Source of the DNA: Vicugna vicugna
Taxonomy: Eukaryota
Assembly: GCA_013265495.1 (NCBI GenBank)
Contig: MU061814.1
Location: forward strand, 4,728,500 to 4,792,499
Direction of reading: 5' to 3'
Length of the DNA stretch: 64,000 bases
Shown: positions 23,671-35,340 of the stretch, piece by piece
Layout of the letters: every line of letters starts with the position of its first letter
How positions within the stretch are numbered: position 1 is the first letter of the stretch
Notes under the pieces: model-generated
Databases searched by the model: none
Told to the model about the DNA's origin: nothing
What the model saw: the letters and a program-made list of their open reading frames with translations, nothing else
Translations under genes and position numbers: made by a program

Positions 23671-24829
23671 GCGGAGGCTTTAACACCCGGGCCTCCAGCG
23701 ACCTCCGCGCCCGCAGAGCCGCACCTGGGTGTGAGTGTCGGGTCCGGAGCTGAGTGACCCTGGGGAGGCCTCCTGCACCCAGCCTCCCGTCTGCTCGAGG
23801 GGCCCGGCTTCCTCGGCCTCCCCTTCAGCTCTTCGAAGCTTCCTAGGACGGCAGCGCGACCAAGACGGGACCCGGGGACTCCGCCCTGCCCCCCGACTGC
23901 TTGTGAGACCCTCTTCGGCCGTTAGCCTCTCTGGCCGTCTCCCTCTCTGCCGGAGGGGCTGGACCGGGTGGTCAGTGGGGCTGACACTCTGGGGTTTTCC
24001 TTTAATGGTCCCTTAAGGATTCCCGGGGTGCTGGGTGGAGGCTCCGGGGCTCCCCTCTCCACGGGGGAGCTCTGTGCCGGCTTCAGCTGTCGAGGCATAA
24101 TGACACATAAGGAGGGAAGCCCTAATGTGGGCGAGGAGGCCCCTGATGGCCCAGGCGCAAGCAGGCTGAAGGTGGGCCACCCCACTGCCGGCCCCTCAGC
24201 ACCCCCTCCCCCAGCCCCCTTCTTCTCCTGCCAGAAGCCTGGGACCAGGTGACACCACACCCCTCAGGTCCCCTTCCCAGCAGCCTCTCTAGAGCAGAAC
24301 TATTTTGTCTCCCTCCCCCAGCCCCCCCAGGGCCTCCGGATGTTTCTGCAGGGACAGACAGGCCGGGGCAGACCCTTGGGGGTGGCCCTCCCGCCTCCTC
24401 CTTTTGCTCCGGGCTCCATGCATTGCCCCCTGGAGAGGGAGCACCAAAGCCCCTTCTCTCCAGACTCCCCTCCCCTCCTTCCCGTGTCTCTGCTGTTTCC
24501 CTCCCCTCGGATGGCAGCCACAGGGCTGGGAGGAGCTTCCCCTGCCCACCTGGGATGTTTGCGCCCCTGCCCCGCCTTCCCCCGACCCTGTGCTCACCGC
24601 CTCCTCCCTCGGCCTCAGAGATGTTTCTCCTCCGGGAAGAGGGCCTCCAGGTTCCCAGGGTCACTCGGCCCCCAACCGGAGACCCAGGCCTGGGTGTCAC
24701 TCTCACTCCTGCCAGTTCTATGAATGCGGGGGTCGCTGAAGGTCCACGTTTGAAACAGAGTGGCCTTAGGTTTCCCTAAGCACCTGGCCGTGACCCTGGC
24801 CCACACCCCCAGGCAGCAGGTCCGTGTTT

Positions 24830-24920
24830 CATTTATTCATTCAGTGATTATTGGGCACCTACTGTATGCATGGTGCGAGGCCAGCACCCTCAGGACAGAT
24901 AGGGCCCAGGAGAGGGTGGA
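24830..24920 (-). mobile_element. L2 3' end fragment
   Basis: atttattcattcagtgattattgggcacctactgtatgc. Confidence 0.7.
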
Positions 24921-25574
24921 GGGCATTGTCAGGGCTTGGCAGTGAGGAGGGACGAGACGGGGAGGAAGGGGACACAGGCGAGCCAGCCAGCTGTGCAAAG
25001 CAGACAGAACAGACAGTAAACCTGAGAAAACGCTGATTCTCTATCGGCATGAAAATCAAGAAGTCCCCACATGTGGGCCTGACATGAGGCCTGGCGGGGC
25101 CGCAGGGAGGCTGCACATGCGTTTAGGTGAAATAGTGCTCTTACCTCTGGGCTCTGGAGAGACTCAAATTTTAAAAGAAAACTGCCTCCCTCAGCCGGCC
25201 GCGGTCACGGCCAAGTGTAGATTTGCCTGTCTGCGTCCCGGCGAGGCCCAGGGGTAGGGTGGGGGCCAAGCGTCTGCTGTCACGATTCAGAGCTTTTCAC
25301 TCTGCTGCAGGCAACTCAGAACTCCCCACAGGTGACCCAAATGAGAGGCTGCAGCCTGTTTTCCTGGGGAAACTCCAGATTTAATATCAGACGAGGCGGA
25401 AGGCCTGAAACACTTCGCTGAAGGATTGCATCCTCGTGGAAGAACTTGATCCTAATTCGGGCTTGAAAACACTAGGACTGGGTCACGGGAGGCCTCGTCA
25501 GTGGCGTGGCAAAGCCATCAAGATGCGGAAAAGCCGTCGGCATCTAGGAGGCTTCATGCATAAGGGAGAGGGGT

Positions 25575-25680
25575 GATCCAGTCGTGTGCACGTGTGTGTG
25601 GATGCACGTGTGCGTTTATACATGTGCGTGTGGTGTGTACGTCTGCATGTTTCTCTGTACGTGAATGTGCAGGACTTGTG
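25575..25680. repeat. Degenerate (TG/CA) low-complexity tract
   Basis: gtgtgcacgtgtgtgtggatgcacgtgtgcgtttatacatgtgcgtgtggtgtgtacg... Confidence 0.75.
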
Positions 25681-27522
25681 TACCGCCGTGGATGAGACCG
25701 AACACTCGATTTTAACCTGACTTTCTCGAAGATCCCTCTGCCCCCACGTCCTTCGACCAGAGCCTCTCGCAGGCCCTGTGTCTTCCCCATTTCATAATCA
25801 TCACTTTGTCATTCTGCATTGAGACGCTGTCACTTTTTTGGACAGTTCTAATTCCACTGGTCCGACCTGCTGGAGGCAGGGCCCTGCCTGCCTGCGCAGT
25901 GCCCAGACCACAGCACAGGCGACACTGTTGAAACGAGTCGGGGGGCGGGGGCTGGGGGCCCAGCCTGAGGCTGTGGGTGCCCTGGGCTGACAAGTTCTCT
26001 CCCCTTCCCAAGGCGAGGTTTTCTCTGCTGAGTCCTTCGGGGTTCTCCTCCCCTGCGATTCTTTGGGAATAAATCACCAAGGTGTTTGCAATTCAAAACC
26101 ACACATGGTGACTTTTCTCCAGTTTCGAGTTCATTTGAAATTAGGCAAATATGTCCTCCTTGGGGGAGACTCTGCCAGAACCCCTCACCCCACCCCGCCT
26201 TTCCTGAGGACGGAGCCAGCCCTCCCAGCGGGTCCCCGGTCAAACACAATGACCAGGCACCATACGTTATTTTAATGTAGACATCACTTTAAACTAACCT
26301 TTTACCATCTGTTCCGTCCTTTAATAACAAATGCAAAAGAGCAGGATTCTCCATGGCGTTGTAAAAGCGAGACGGTGATGGAAGTGCTGGGCCCCGTTCT
26401 TTATTCATGGCCCTATCGGACGCCGCTGTGATGTTTTTCTCATCTTCCAGACACAAATCAAGGGGAAACTGCTCTTCTCTGATCAGGTGAATTCATTCAC
26501 ACAGTATTTCTTCCTAACACGGCAAACTCTGGGAGAATTCCGGGCATCGGAGAGCCGACACCAGGAGACCACACGGCGCGGATTTCAGAAGGTGCCGCTG
26601 CTCAGCACCCAGACCATTAGGGGGACGCGGCCCAACGGTCCAAGCGTAATGAGATTTCTTTGTGAAAAATAAAAGCTTTCCATGTGTGGCGGGTTCTTTT
26701 CAGCAGTTTCGCGGTTAAATATCCCCGTGAAGGCTGGGCGGGCTGGCCCGGGGAGCTCGCAGGCAGCAGCTGGGTGAGCCGGGCGTGTCCCACATCCCCA
26801 CCCTGCCTGCCCTGTCTGCAGGACCGCAGGGGCTCACACACCTGCCTCAATCCAGTTCAACTCGGCCAATGTCCTTTGGGGGCTTCCTGTGTCCCCCAAG
26901 TGCTATACTCTTAACCTAAAGGCAAGGCAAGCGTCCCAACCCACCGGCCTTTCTAGAACCTTCCACACTCCTGGGAGGCAGAGCATTGTGAGTTTCCACA
27001 TCAGTCGCTCGGTCCCCCTTTCCCCTCAGCTGAGATGGGAGTCTGATCTCGGGGCCCAGGATCCACTTGGACTTGCAAGCTCCGCCCACTTCGCTGGCGA
27101 CCAAGCCTTGGTGGAGAAGAAATGGCACTCAGCCAGGGAGGACTGCCCGTCTCCGACATGACCCCGGGAACAGAGAGCTCTTCACCTGCCTGGTGTGTGT
27201 CTCCCCGCGTTCCCCGCTTGGCGCCCGGGCCGGGCTGGTCAGTCATGATTGAAGGACAGTCCTCAGAGGGCAGAGAAGGGACGTGACGACAGGCCAGGCC
27301 TCGTCCTGGGATGCCCAGCGCTGGGAACCAGAGAGGCAGGACCCCGCGTTCAGGTGGGGCGGCCCCGGCCGAGGTGAGCGCAGCCTGGGGGCGCCCGGGC
27401 CCAGCCCCTCTGTCAGTGGTCGTGCTCAGGGCAGACAAGGAACAGGGGAGCCCAGCCTGATGGCAGGAGAGAGAGGAGGGCAAAGATGGGGAAACCGGAG
27501 TCCAGGCGTCTCTCACGGACAG

Positions 27523-27546
27523 TGTGTGTGTGTGTGTGTGTGTGTG
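27523..27546. repeat. (TG)12 microsatellite
   Basis: Perfect dinucleotide run. Confidence 0.97.
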
Positions 27547-27994
27547 CTTCTCTTCTGGAGGCCCCAGCCCAGCACCCGAGCAGTGCCAGGCTGACGCTGG
27601 CCCTGACCTCCACGATGCCCGTGAAACGGAAGCGTCCCCCCCTTCTCCCCACCAGTTCCCGACGTTTCTGTCCCACGTCCCATCCGGAGGGGGCCGCTGT
27701 CACACCATCGGGGGTGGCTGTGTCTTCGCCCCCACACCCGGGCCTGGGTGGGGACGACGCTGGTGTGCAAACAGCAAACGCTGGTCTGAGGAAAAAAAAA
27801 GCTGCCCTCTGTTGGGCTGAATTTCCTAAGGAGGCTGTTTCCCGGCGGAGGGGCTGTTTCCTGCAGCACAAGTTCAGCCAGGAAGCAGGCGATTATGAGT
27901 CCCTCTGGCGCCTCCGTGGGGACCCTCCTGTGACTGTTGTGCGCCACCGGAGTACGCTGCCCAGGAAAAGCCATGCGTGGTTTCTGGGAGAAGT

Positions 27995-28370
27995 CCTACG
28001 TGGGCGTGCAGGGAGGGAAAGTACGCTTCCCTCTGCCCTCCCGAGTTCCTGGCTGAGGCCCCTGTAATAAAAGACAGATTAACAAGAGAAGATCAAACGC
28101 AAGTTCATGAGCCTGTGCGCCTCCTGTGCGCATGGGGGAGACCCAGGAAATACGAGCAGCTCCCCGAGTTGGCTGAGAATTCAGGCCTAAATAGCTGCTT
28201 AAGAGGAAAGAGGCAGACGGATGTGGGCCTCTGGGGGAGAGGAGGTGACTTGTGGCAAGGCGACGGGGCCCTGGAAGGCAGGTAGCAGGTGTGGTCCAGG
28301 CCCACCCGGCTGTGCTGCCCTCTTCCCGGCCCCCTCCCAGGAAAGAGGCAAAACTCCTCCCCGGCTGGCA
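27995..28370 (-). mobile_element. ERV-type solo LTR relic, family not determined
   Basis: gcagggagggaaagtacgcttccctctgccctcccgagttcctggctgaggcccctgtaataaaagacagattaacaagagaa matches a common eutherian LTR terminus. Confidence 0.7.
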
Positions 28371-30331
28371 AAACCTGGGGAAGCGGGGCGTCTGACACAC
28401 ATGCCCGGGCAGATGGGGGCGCTCAGAGGAGGCGGCCCTGCCCTGTGTCGGCTGCTTCTCCGGGGCCTGCAGCTGAAACAACCATGACACCTCGGGGCAC
28501 GTGTGGGGGCCGCCCGTCCGCCGTCCTCATCCCCGCCTGACGCTCGCCCAAGCGGTTTCACGGCCTGGAAGCCGGGCTGACGGCTCCTCCCTCTCCGCCC
28601 TGATAAGAGGTCTGTCCAGTGGAACCGGCGCCTCATTTCAGGCTCTAAGGATGCAAACAATCTGGGGGTGAGTGAGAGTCATTTCTGTGGAACCAAAGGA
28701 AAACACCAGGGCATGTTTGGAGCAGACGCTAAGCCCGTCTTCCAGTCCGGGCGGCAGCCAGCCAGTCGAGGAGCGCAGAGCCTCTGCTGCAGCCTGAACT
28801 CCTGTGGTGATGCCACCACGTGCCCCGGGGAGCTCTCGGGGGGGTCCTTGTGGCAGCAGGCGTGCAGGCTGTCCATACGCGAGCCGCCATGGGGCTCCCT
28901 GAGGCTTACGCCCCGTCATCCAGCCTCAGTTTGCTGGGGCTCGGGGGGAAGGGCAGTTTTGCTCTTAGTGGTTCCAAGCCAGAAGGGCGGGAGAGAATCG
29001 GAAACGTTGGTTTGGAGAGAGGCAGTCGGATATCTGAGTCCAGCTGCAGGTAGAAAACAGAACCTCAAAGGCGAGGGACAGGATGGGTTCCCACAGGCGC
29101 AGCACTGGACCCTGATTCTCCCCTGTGCAGTCGCCCCCATTTCTACCAAAGATGATCACAGGAAGACCGGTTTGTCTGCAGAGGAAGTCGTCCCGTCCCA
29201 CTTGGCCTGACCGCTCACAGAAGCTCAGCGAAAGCCGCGAGGCCCACACAGGCCCTCGTGAGGTTGCTCTGCGGGAGCTGGTGACGGGGACTCAGGCCAG
29301 CCCGCGTGCCCCCTTCAGGCGTGCCGGGCAGGGCCCCTCTGGCTTGGGGCTGCACCCCGCCTGCTGGCGCCTCCCCGCGGCCACCACGCGGCCTCTGTGT
29401 GGGGGGCTGGCTTGGGTCCCCGCGCGCGGTGTCCCGCGAGGATTTGGGAAACCCGGGGCCTGCTTTCTCCCTTGGTATCTGTCTGGAGAACGTCCAGACA
29501 GCTCCTCGGTGAGCCTTCCTGACCCTGGGGCCCTTTTTTGCAGGAATTTGCTGAAGAAATAGTGATCTGTCCAGGTTTGCTCTTTTTCCAGCCAAGTTTG
29601 AAGTTTTCAAAAAATAACCGGTTTCCTCAGGATTTTTGATGGGGCTGGCATAAAAGATACAGAATAAAACGTTTTTAAAAGACTTATTTAGAGACATGCT
29701 CTGGGAAACACCGCCCCACCCCCCCGTGTTCTCCTCACATCCTTCTCCTGAAGAGAGAAGTCTCATTTTTCTCTCCGAAATTTGCCAAGGGTGCACCTAT
29801 TTTCTTAAGGGTTTTCTTGAGTCTCTTGTCAGTTCTCCAGGTTTTCTGTCTTCAGACTCAGACATCTCTGCGTTCGTCTTAACCGACGACCCTGGTGTTT
29901 GCTGTGTCCTGCTTGGGCACGTCCTTCCTTCTGGAGCTAAGTGCTCAGGCCACTCACTGTAATTCTGTTTTAATGATGAAAACATTTAAAGTTAAGGCTG
30001 TGCTCTGAGTCACTGTCTGGCCAAATTCCTCGCGTTTCCCTGCGTAGCCCACTTGCTGTCGTTAACATTCTCCCGTAGCCTCTCAGAGCAGTTTTGATTC
30101 CTACTGAACCCAAGGTCACTTCAAGATGCTTTTTAAATTTCTGAAAGTCTTTTTTTTTTTAAGTTATCGTTAAGTTTTAATTGCGTTATTCTAGTGAAAA
30201 GTCCTGGCCAGTTTTTGTTTGTGGAATTTTTTTTTTTTTTGAGATTTTCATCATGGTCTGTTTTAGTACAAAATGCTGCCATGGTCCCCTGGGCTTTGAT
30301 CTAAAAAGTTGTAGTTTCTAAAGGTATACTC

Positions 30332-30415
30332 GAAGTTTTTTTTTAAATTGAAGTATAGTCAGTTACAATGTGTCAGTCTCCGGTGCAGAGCAGCACGTCC
30401 CAGCCATGCGGCCAC
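30332..30415 (-). mobile_element. L1 extreme 3' end with poly(T), antisense, camelid-like
   Basis: ttttttttaaattgaagtatagtcagttacaatgtgtcagtctccggtgcagagcagcacgtcccagccatgc. Confidence 0.8.
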
Positions 30416-31321
30416 GCGAGTGCGTGCAAGGTGTGTTCACGGCTGGGTGCCCGGCTGCTCATTTGACCTCACTGATGGTTCGCATTTTCCCGCCATCAGA
30501 GAAGCCCGTGGTCATACACGGTGTCTGTGACCGTCAGCTACCCCTTATCCTTACGCGAGCCTTTGCTTTACCCGAATGAGAGGCGTACATCGCAGGTTTA
30601 ATTCTACTGGCGTCTGTTTGGTTTCCCGAAGACGTACGTTCACCTGAGTGATCTGGTCGAAAGCAAAGGGCTGTCCCTGCACAGCCGGGCCCCCCCCCCA
30701 CCACGTGTAACACGGAGTCATGCGCTTTGCTCTGCTCTTCCCCTTCTTCTTCCAACTTGCGGTCTTTGCTAACTCACTTTGGATCTGGGACCCAGGTAAC
30801 CATCATTAAACTGTTTTTTGAACAATACACAGTTTCTGTAAAAATGGCTTTTATGTTCGTAGTCAGTCCTGTAGCCACACTGGCCACAATTTCCAGAGTT
30901 AAGTCTCTGTGTCTAAATGCCAGGCTTTTTGTGTGGCTGCCCCTGCTCTGGACGTCCACGCTGGGAGGACCACGAGGTGGAACATTTTCTCCATCTTTGC
31001 GCATCTGCATCCAGAAATGTCGGCTGCCTTCCTACTCGGGGGCACAAGCGTATCGGGCCCCAGCCTCTCTCACTCCTAACTCCGTGGCTGAGCTGCTTCC
31101 TGCCCTGGTCTTCCCCAAGGTTGGGTGGCGGCCACAGGCAGCATTTGCATGGCTCCTTGGCCGTTTTAGCCACCATCCCCGTCCCTCTCAGCAGTGTCGT
31201 CACCTCTGCCGTGTGTCCCTGCTCCCTGCAGACCCTTTGGAGTATCGTGTCCTGTCCTCCCTGTCACCTGGGGGGCCACTGGACCTGCAGTGGTGGCCCT
31301 CAGTAAATCCCTGGCCACTGA

Positions 31322-31666
<345 letters not shown>

Positions 31667-32149
31667 TAAGGGTAGGCGTGGGGGTGGGGGTGGGGGGGAG
31701 AGGTGGTGCGCAAACCCGGATGCCGGGATGGCTGATTTGGGGTGTCACACACCCTGCTCAGGGCAGAAGCTTTCGGTCTCCCAGTCACTAAGCTCAACCA
31801 CGCCACACAGCGTGACCCGATCACAGTGGCCCCCCCATAGCCTTCACACCTGGGGCCAGCACCCCACATCCTTGGGGCCGATTTAGGTCCTCCCTGCTCC
31901 TCCCGCTGGGTGCCGTTCAATCCTGTCCCGAGTTCCACTCGGCACCTTTGGCTGTCAGGGGGGCTGGACAACGTGCCCCACCTGAAAGCGAGCTGATGAA
32001 CCGCGGACACAGGTGCCTGTGAGACCAGCCCCTTGGGAGCACGCAGACGCGTGAGATAAACCAGCCGCCACTGTCTGCTCTGCAAGATGATTCTCCAGAA
32101 GATTCTTTTAAGGATTCCTTATGAAAGCTTGTTACTGGGGCCTGCCGCC

Positions 32150-32345
32150 TACTGACATCTTGCACAAGTTCCCTAATTTCCCTGAGCCTCAGTTTCCCCA
32201 TCTGTAAAACAGGGATCGGACAATACCAATCTCACGGGTTCTTGCGAACGTTGAGGTGAGGCAGCGCGAGTGGAGTTCTTGGCACGCCCCAGCCCGGTGC
32301 CCCCAGCCCGAGCAAGCACATGGTGAGAGCTGGCTGCTGATGTTA
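32150..32345 (+). mobile_element. MIR
   Basis: cttgcacaagttccctaatttccctgagcctcagtttccccatctgtaaaacaggg...ctcacgggttcttgcgaacgttgaggtgag. Confidence 0.9.
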
Positions 32346-33689
32346 ATGGAAGAAAATCTTGAGTCCACCGCAAGCGACTTCCAGGGCCATGGAATGTTCC
32401 CAGTCCCTCCCCCAGGGGGAAACCGCTGGCCCACTATTAAGACAGGGAGAGGAGCGAGTACCCAGAGGGGAGAGCATGGGGTCCCGCACACAGAGAGACC
32501 ATCATCCGTCAGCAGGTGCACACGATGCATTGCAGGAAATTCACTTTGCACAGGACACTCAGATTTGCAAGCGGCAGGACGTTTCTTGCCTCCACCACCA
32601 AGAGGGACCCCCCCCAAACTCCCAGCTGTGGGCCCAGCCTGAGGGAGGGACGGGGTGGGGTGGGGTGGGCTCTTTTCTCCGAGATTTCCAACAGACGCTT
32701 CAAATGTTGTTTCCACTTTAGGGGGTGGGGCAGCCGTGGGACAAGGAGAGCCCCGCCAGCCACTTTCCATCCTTATCTCCACTGGGGCTGCTTCTGCCAC
32801 TAAAAAGAGCTCCTGAACCAGGGGTGTCACTTTAGTTAGAAGATAATAACTTTAATTTTAGCTTGGAATTACTTTTTTCCAAAGCGTTCTCGACCTTTGG
32901 CTTGGTGCATGATTGCATGGCCCTTTGAGGAGATGAAGGATCACGTGGCCGCCTGCGGGAAGGACCCCCGCAGCAGGACTGTGTGCCAACCCGGGTTCCC
33001 GGGACCGGGGGACCGGATGACAATGGGGCAGGTGGCTGGTTGAAACAACCACACAGCACCCTGAGATGTTTAAACAAAAAGCTCCAAGCCGAGCTTATCT
33101 GCGGGTGGGCAGAGCCGCACCTTGCGCTATGGCTGCGGTTCCCCGGAATCTGTGTTCATCTGTCTCCCTGGAACAACGCAGGTCGCCTCCTCCGTAAAGC
33201 CAGCCTCGAGCTTCCCCCAAACACACTATTTCAAGCGTGAATTCCACTCAGGGCTGTCGGGCCAAGGCCCCTGCCGCAGGTGCGGATTCACACCAAGCCT
33301 CCTTTCCCCCGAGGCCAGCAGGGCGGCCGGCACGGACGACTGTGCGGAGGCCCCAGCTCAGACGCTCTCCCCCTCAGCAGGCCTGGAGCGCGGGCTCTTC
33401 TGGGCACCCTTGGCTGGGCGCTGTCTGACGGCAGAGATCCTGAGGTCTGGTGTGTCCAGCCTGGAGGGCAACGTGGTTTCCACAGAGAGATGTGGGCTAG
33501 AACACGCCTGCATGACAGTCACAGCTCTGTCCTGGAGAGACCCGGGTGATCCCTTCCGCTCTCCAAGCCTCGGTTTCCCCATCGAAACCCCAGGTCCCCG
33601 AGGGCCCTGCTCCTGCCCCGACTGCTGCCTGAGGGGCTCAGTCACTCCGCGTTCCCCACAGAGGCCCCATGCTGGCTGTCCTCTCGGCC

Positions 33690-33955
33690 CCTTCTTCAGG
33701 GCTCAGCTCCAATGTCACCTCTTCCGAGAGGCCCCCCTGGCATCCTCCCAACCCCGGCGGGTCGCTGCAGCCCCACCCAGCACACATTATATACACAGAG
33801 TACATCGTATAGGCTTCCTTTTCACCTCTGCTGCCTTTCCCTTCTACAGAGAAGCCCCCGGGCAGGCCCCGCGTTTCACTGGGCAGTAGCCCAGGGCACA
33901 GGCGGGCCCTGATAAGCACTGACTGAGTGAATGAATAAATGAATGAACGAATTTA
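33690..33955 (+). mobile_element. L2 3' end
   Basis: gctcagctccaatgtcacctcttccgagagg...gtagcccagggcacaggcggg...gagtgaatgaataaatgaatgaa. Confidence 0.8.
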
Positions 33956-34627
33956 AAAAATCCAAAATTTCAGGGGTGCGTTTGAGCAGCCCCTCCGGGC
34001 CTTCCAGCCCAAGTTGAGGGCATCTTCCCTCTCCGCCCTGGAGATGCTCCCAGGTGCAGAGCGGGGGCTGCCACCCCAGGGCCCCTGGACCCCTCCCCTC
34101 TGTGCTGCCCCTAAGGACAGACACGCCGCGGCGTGAACGGCCCAGAGGGGACTCACGGTGGGTGCCCAAGTTCAAGGCCCCCCACATCTCCTCCCTGGGT
34201 TTCCCCCAGGCCTGACCTCAAGGCAGCAGGAGTTTAAGCCCCTACCCCTAGTTGGCACCGTGGCTTTTCTGCAGCCGCTGTCAGTGGACGTGAACCGCCA
34301 TTGTCAACAGTGCAGGGACAGGTCTGAGTGGGCATCAGTGTGGGCTCTCGGGTCAGCTTCCAGCCCCCGTGTGGCTCTTCTCACCCACCTTCCCCATTTC
34401 CACAGAGGAGAGAACCCAGGCTCAGAGAAGTTTTGAAATGTGTCCGAAGCCCACCCCACCCTCCCCAGGCTGCCCCTTGAGGGCCCTGGAGCTGTGCCAA
34501 CCTCACCCCAGTGCTGTGGGTCCGAGGCGACATGCTGTCACGTCCCCGAGGCTGATGGTCACTGAGGGTCAGGAGCATCCCCACGGGGGTGGCCACCGGC
34601 CCTGACCAAGTCTGTGTCGTGCTCCAG

Positions 34628-34772
34628 CTCCGCGCCCACGCCGTGNNNNNNNNNNNNNNNNNNNNNNNNNNNNNNNNNNNNNNNNNNNNNNNNNNNNNNN
34701 NNNNNNNNNNNNNNNNNNNNNNNNNNNNNNNNNNNNNNNNNNNNNNNNNNNNNNNNNNNNNNNNNNNNNNNN
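34628..34772 (+). CDS. CDH4: CDH4 exon 6, mostly masked: only CTC CGC GCC CAC GCC GTG (LRAHAV, 34628-34645) is visible; the end is inferred from the 145-bp length of the human exon
   Basis: Acceptor gtgtcgtgctccag|CTC with CTGAC at 34602-34606. It continues exon 5 in frame (SYH|LRAHAV) and contains the HAV cell-adhesion recognition motif. Ns start at 34646, and the 3' end and donor are not visible. Confidence 0.85.
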
Positions 34773-34785
34773 NNNNNNNNNNNNN
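34646..34785. other. Assembly gap (140 N) covering most of CDH4 exon 6 and its donor
   Basis: N run begins 18 nt into the exon. Confidence 0.99.
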
Positions 34786-34869
34786 GGCAGGGCCGGCGAG
34801 CGGGAGGCCCCACTGCTGGGGAGGGCCCGCAGCCCCCACCACTGTGATGGCACCGCAGGACTCATCACT

Positions 34870-35340
34870 GATGTGTTTATTGTAGCGAGTATTTGTCAAG
34901 CACCTACTGCATGCACCAGGGAGCAGGGACATCTGCTCTACGGAGCTCACAGTCCAGACAGGGACACAGAGAAAAGCACTAAAACTAGTGAATGAAGCCA
35001 TTGCTTCAGTGAAGCCAAGGATTGGAAGGAAACCCGAGGGCCGTTGAGAGTCATGGGGGCAGCTGCAGATCAGGGAAGGCCCCTCTACAGAGGTGATATG
35101 TAGGCTGAATGCTGACTTGGGATAAGGAGCAGCATGCAGAGAAGGGCTGGATTTGGTGTGATTGCTGGGAGGGAAGCCGGAGAAGGAGAGAGCATGTGCA
35201 AAGGTCCTGGGGCAGGGAGCAGGTCAGAGAGAAGGCCTGCCATTCGAGGCCTCCTGGCACACTTAGGATTTGACTCAAGGCATGGCAGGAAGCCCATGAG
35301 AGGGCCTGGCTCCCCAGCCCTAAGAGGTGAGCCATGTGGC
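34870..35340 (-). mobile_element. L2 fragments
   Basis: agtatttgtcaagcacctactgc...ggagctcacagtccagacaggg...atcagggaaggcccctctacagaggtgat...gcatgtgcaaaggtcctggggcaggg. Confidence 0.8.

Noticed and set aside
30778-30810. ORF segment THFGSGTQVTIIK resembling an Ig/TCR J-segment FGxGT motif
   Set aside because: There is no upstream RSS heptamer/nonamer and no donor after the motif. The ggtaaccat core also occurs in L1 3' UTR sequence, and the context is a CDH4 intron. This is a chance match.
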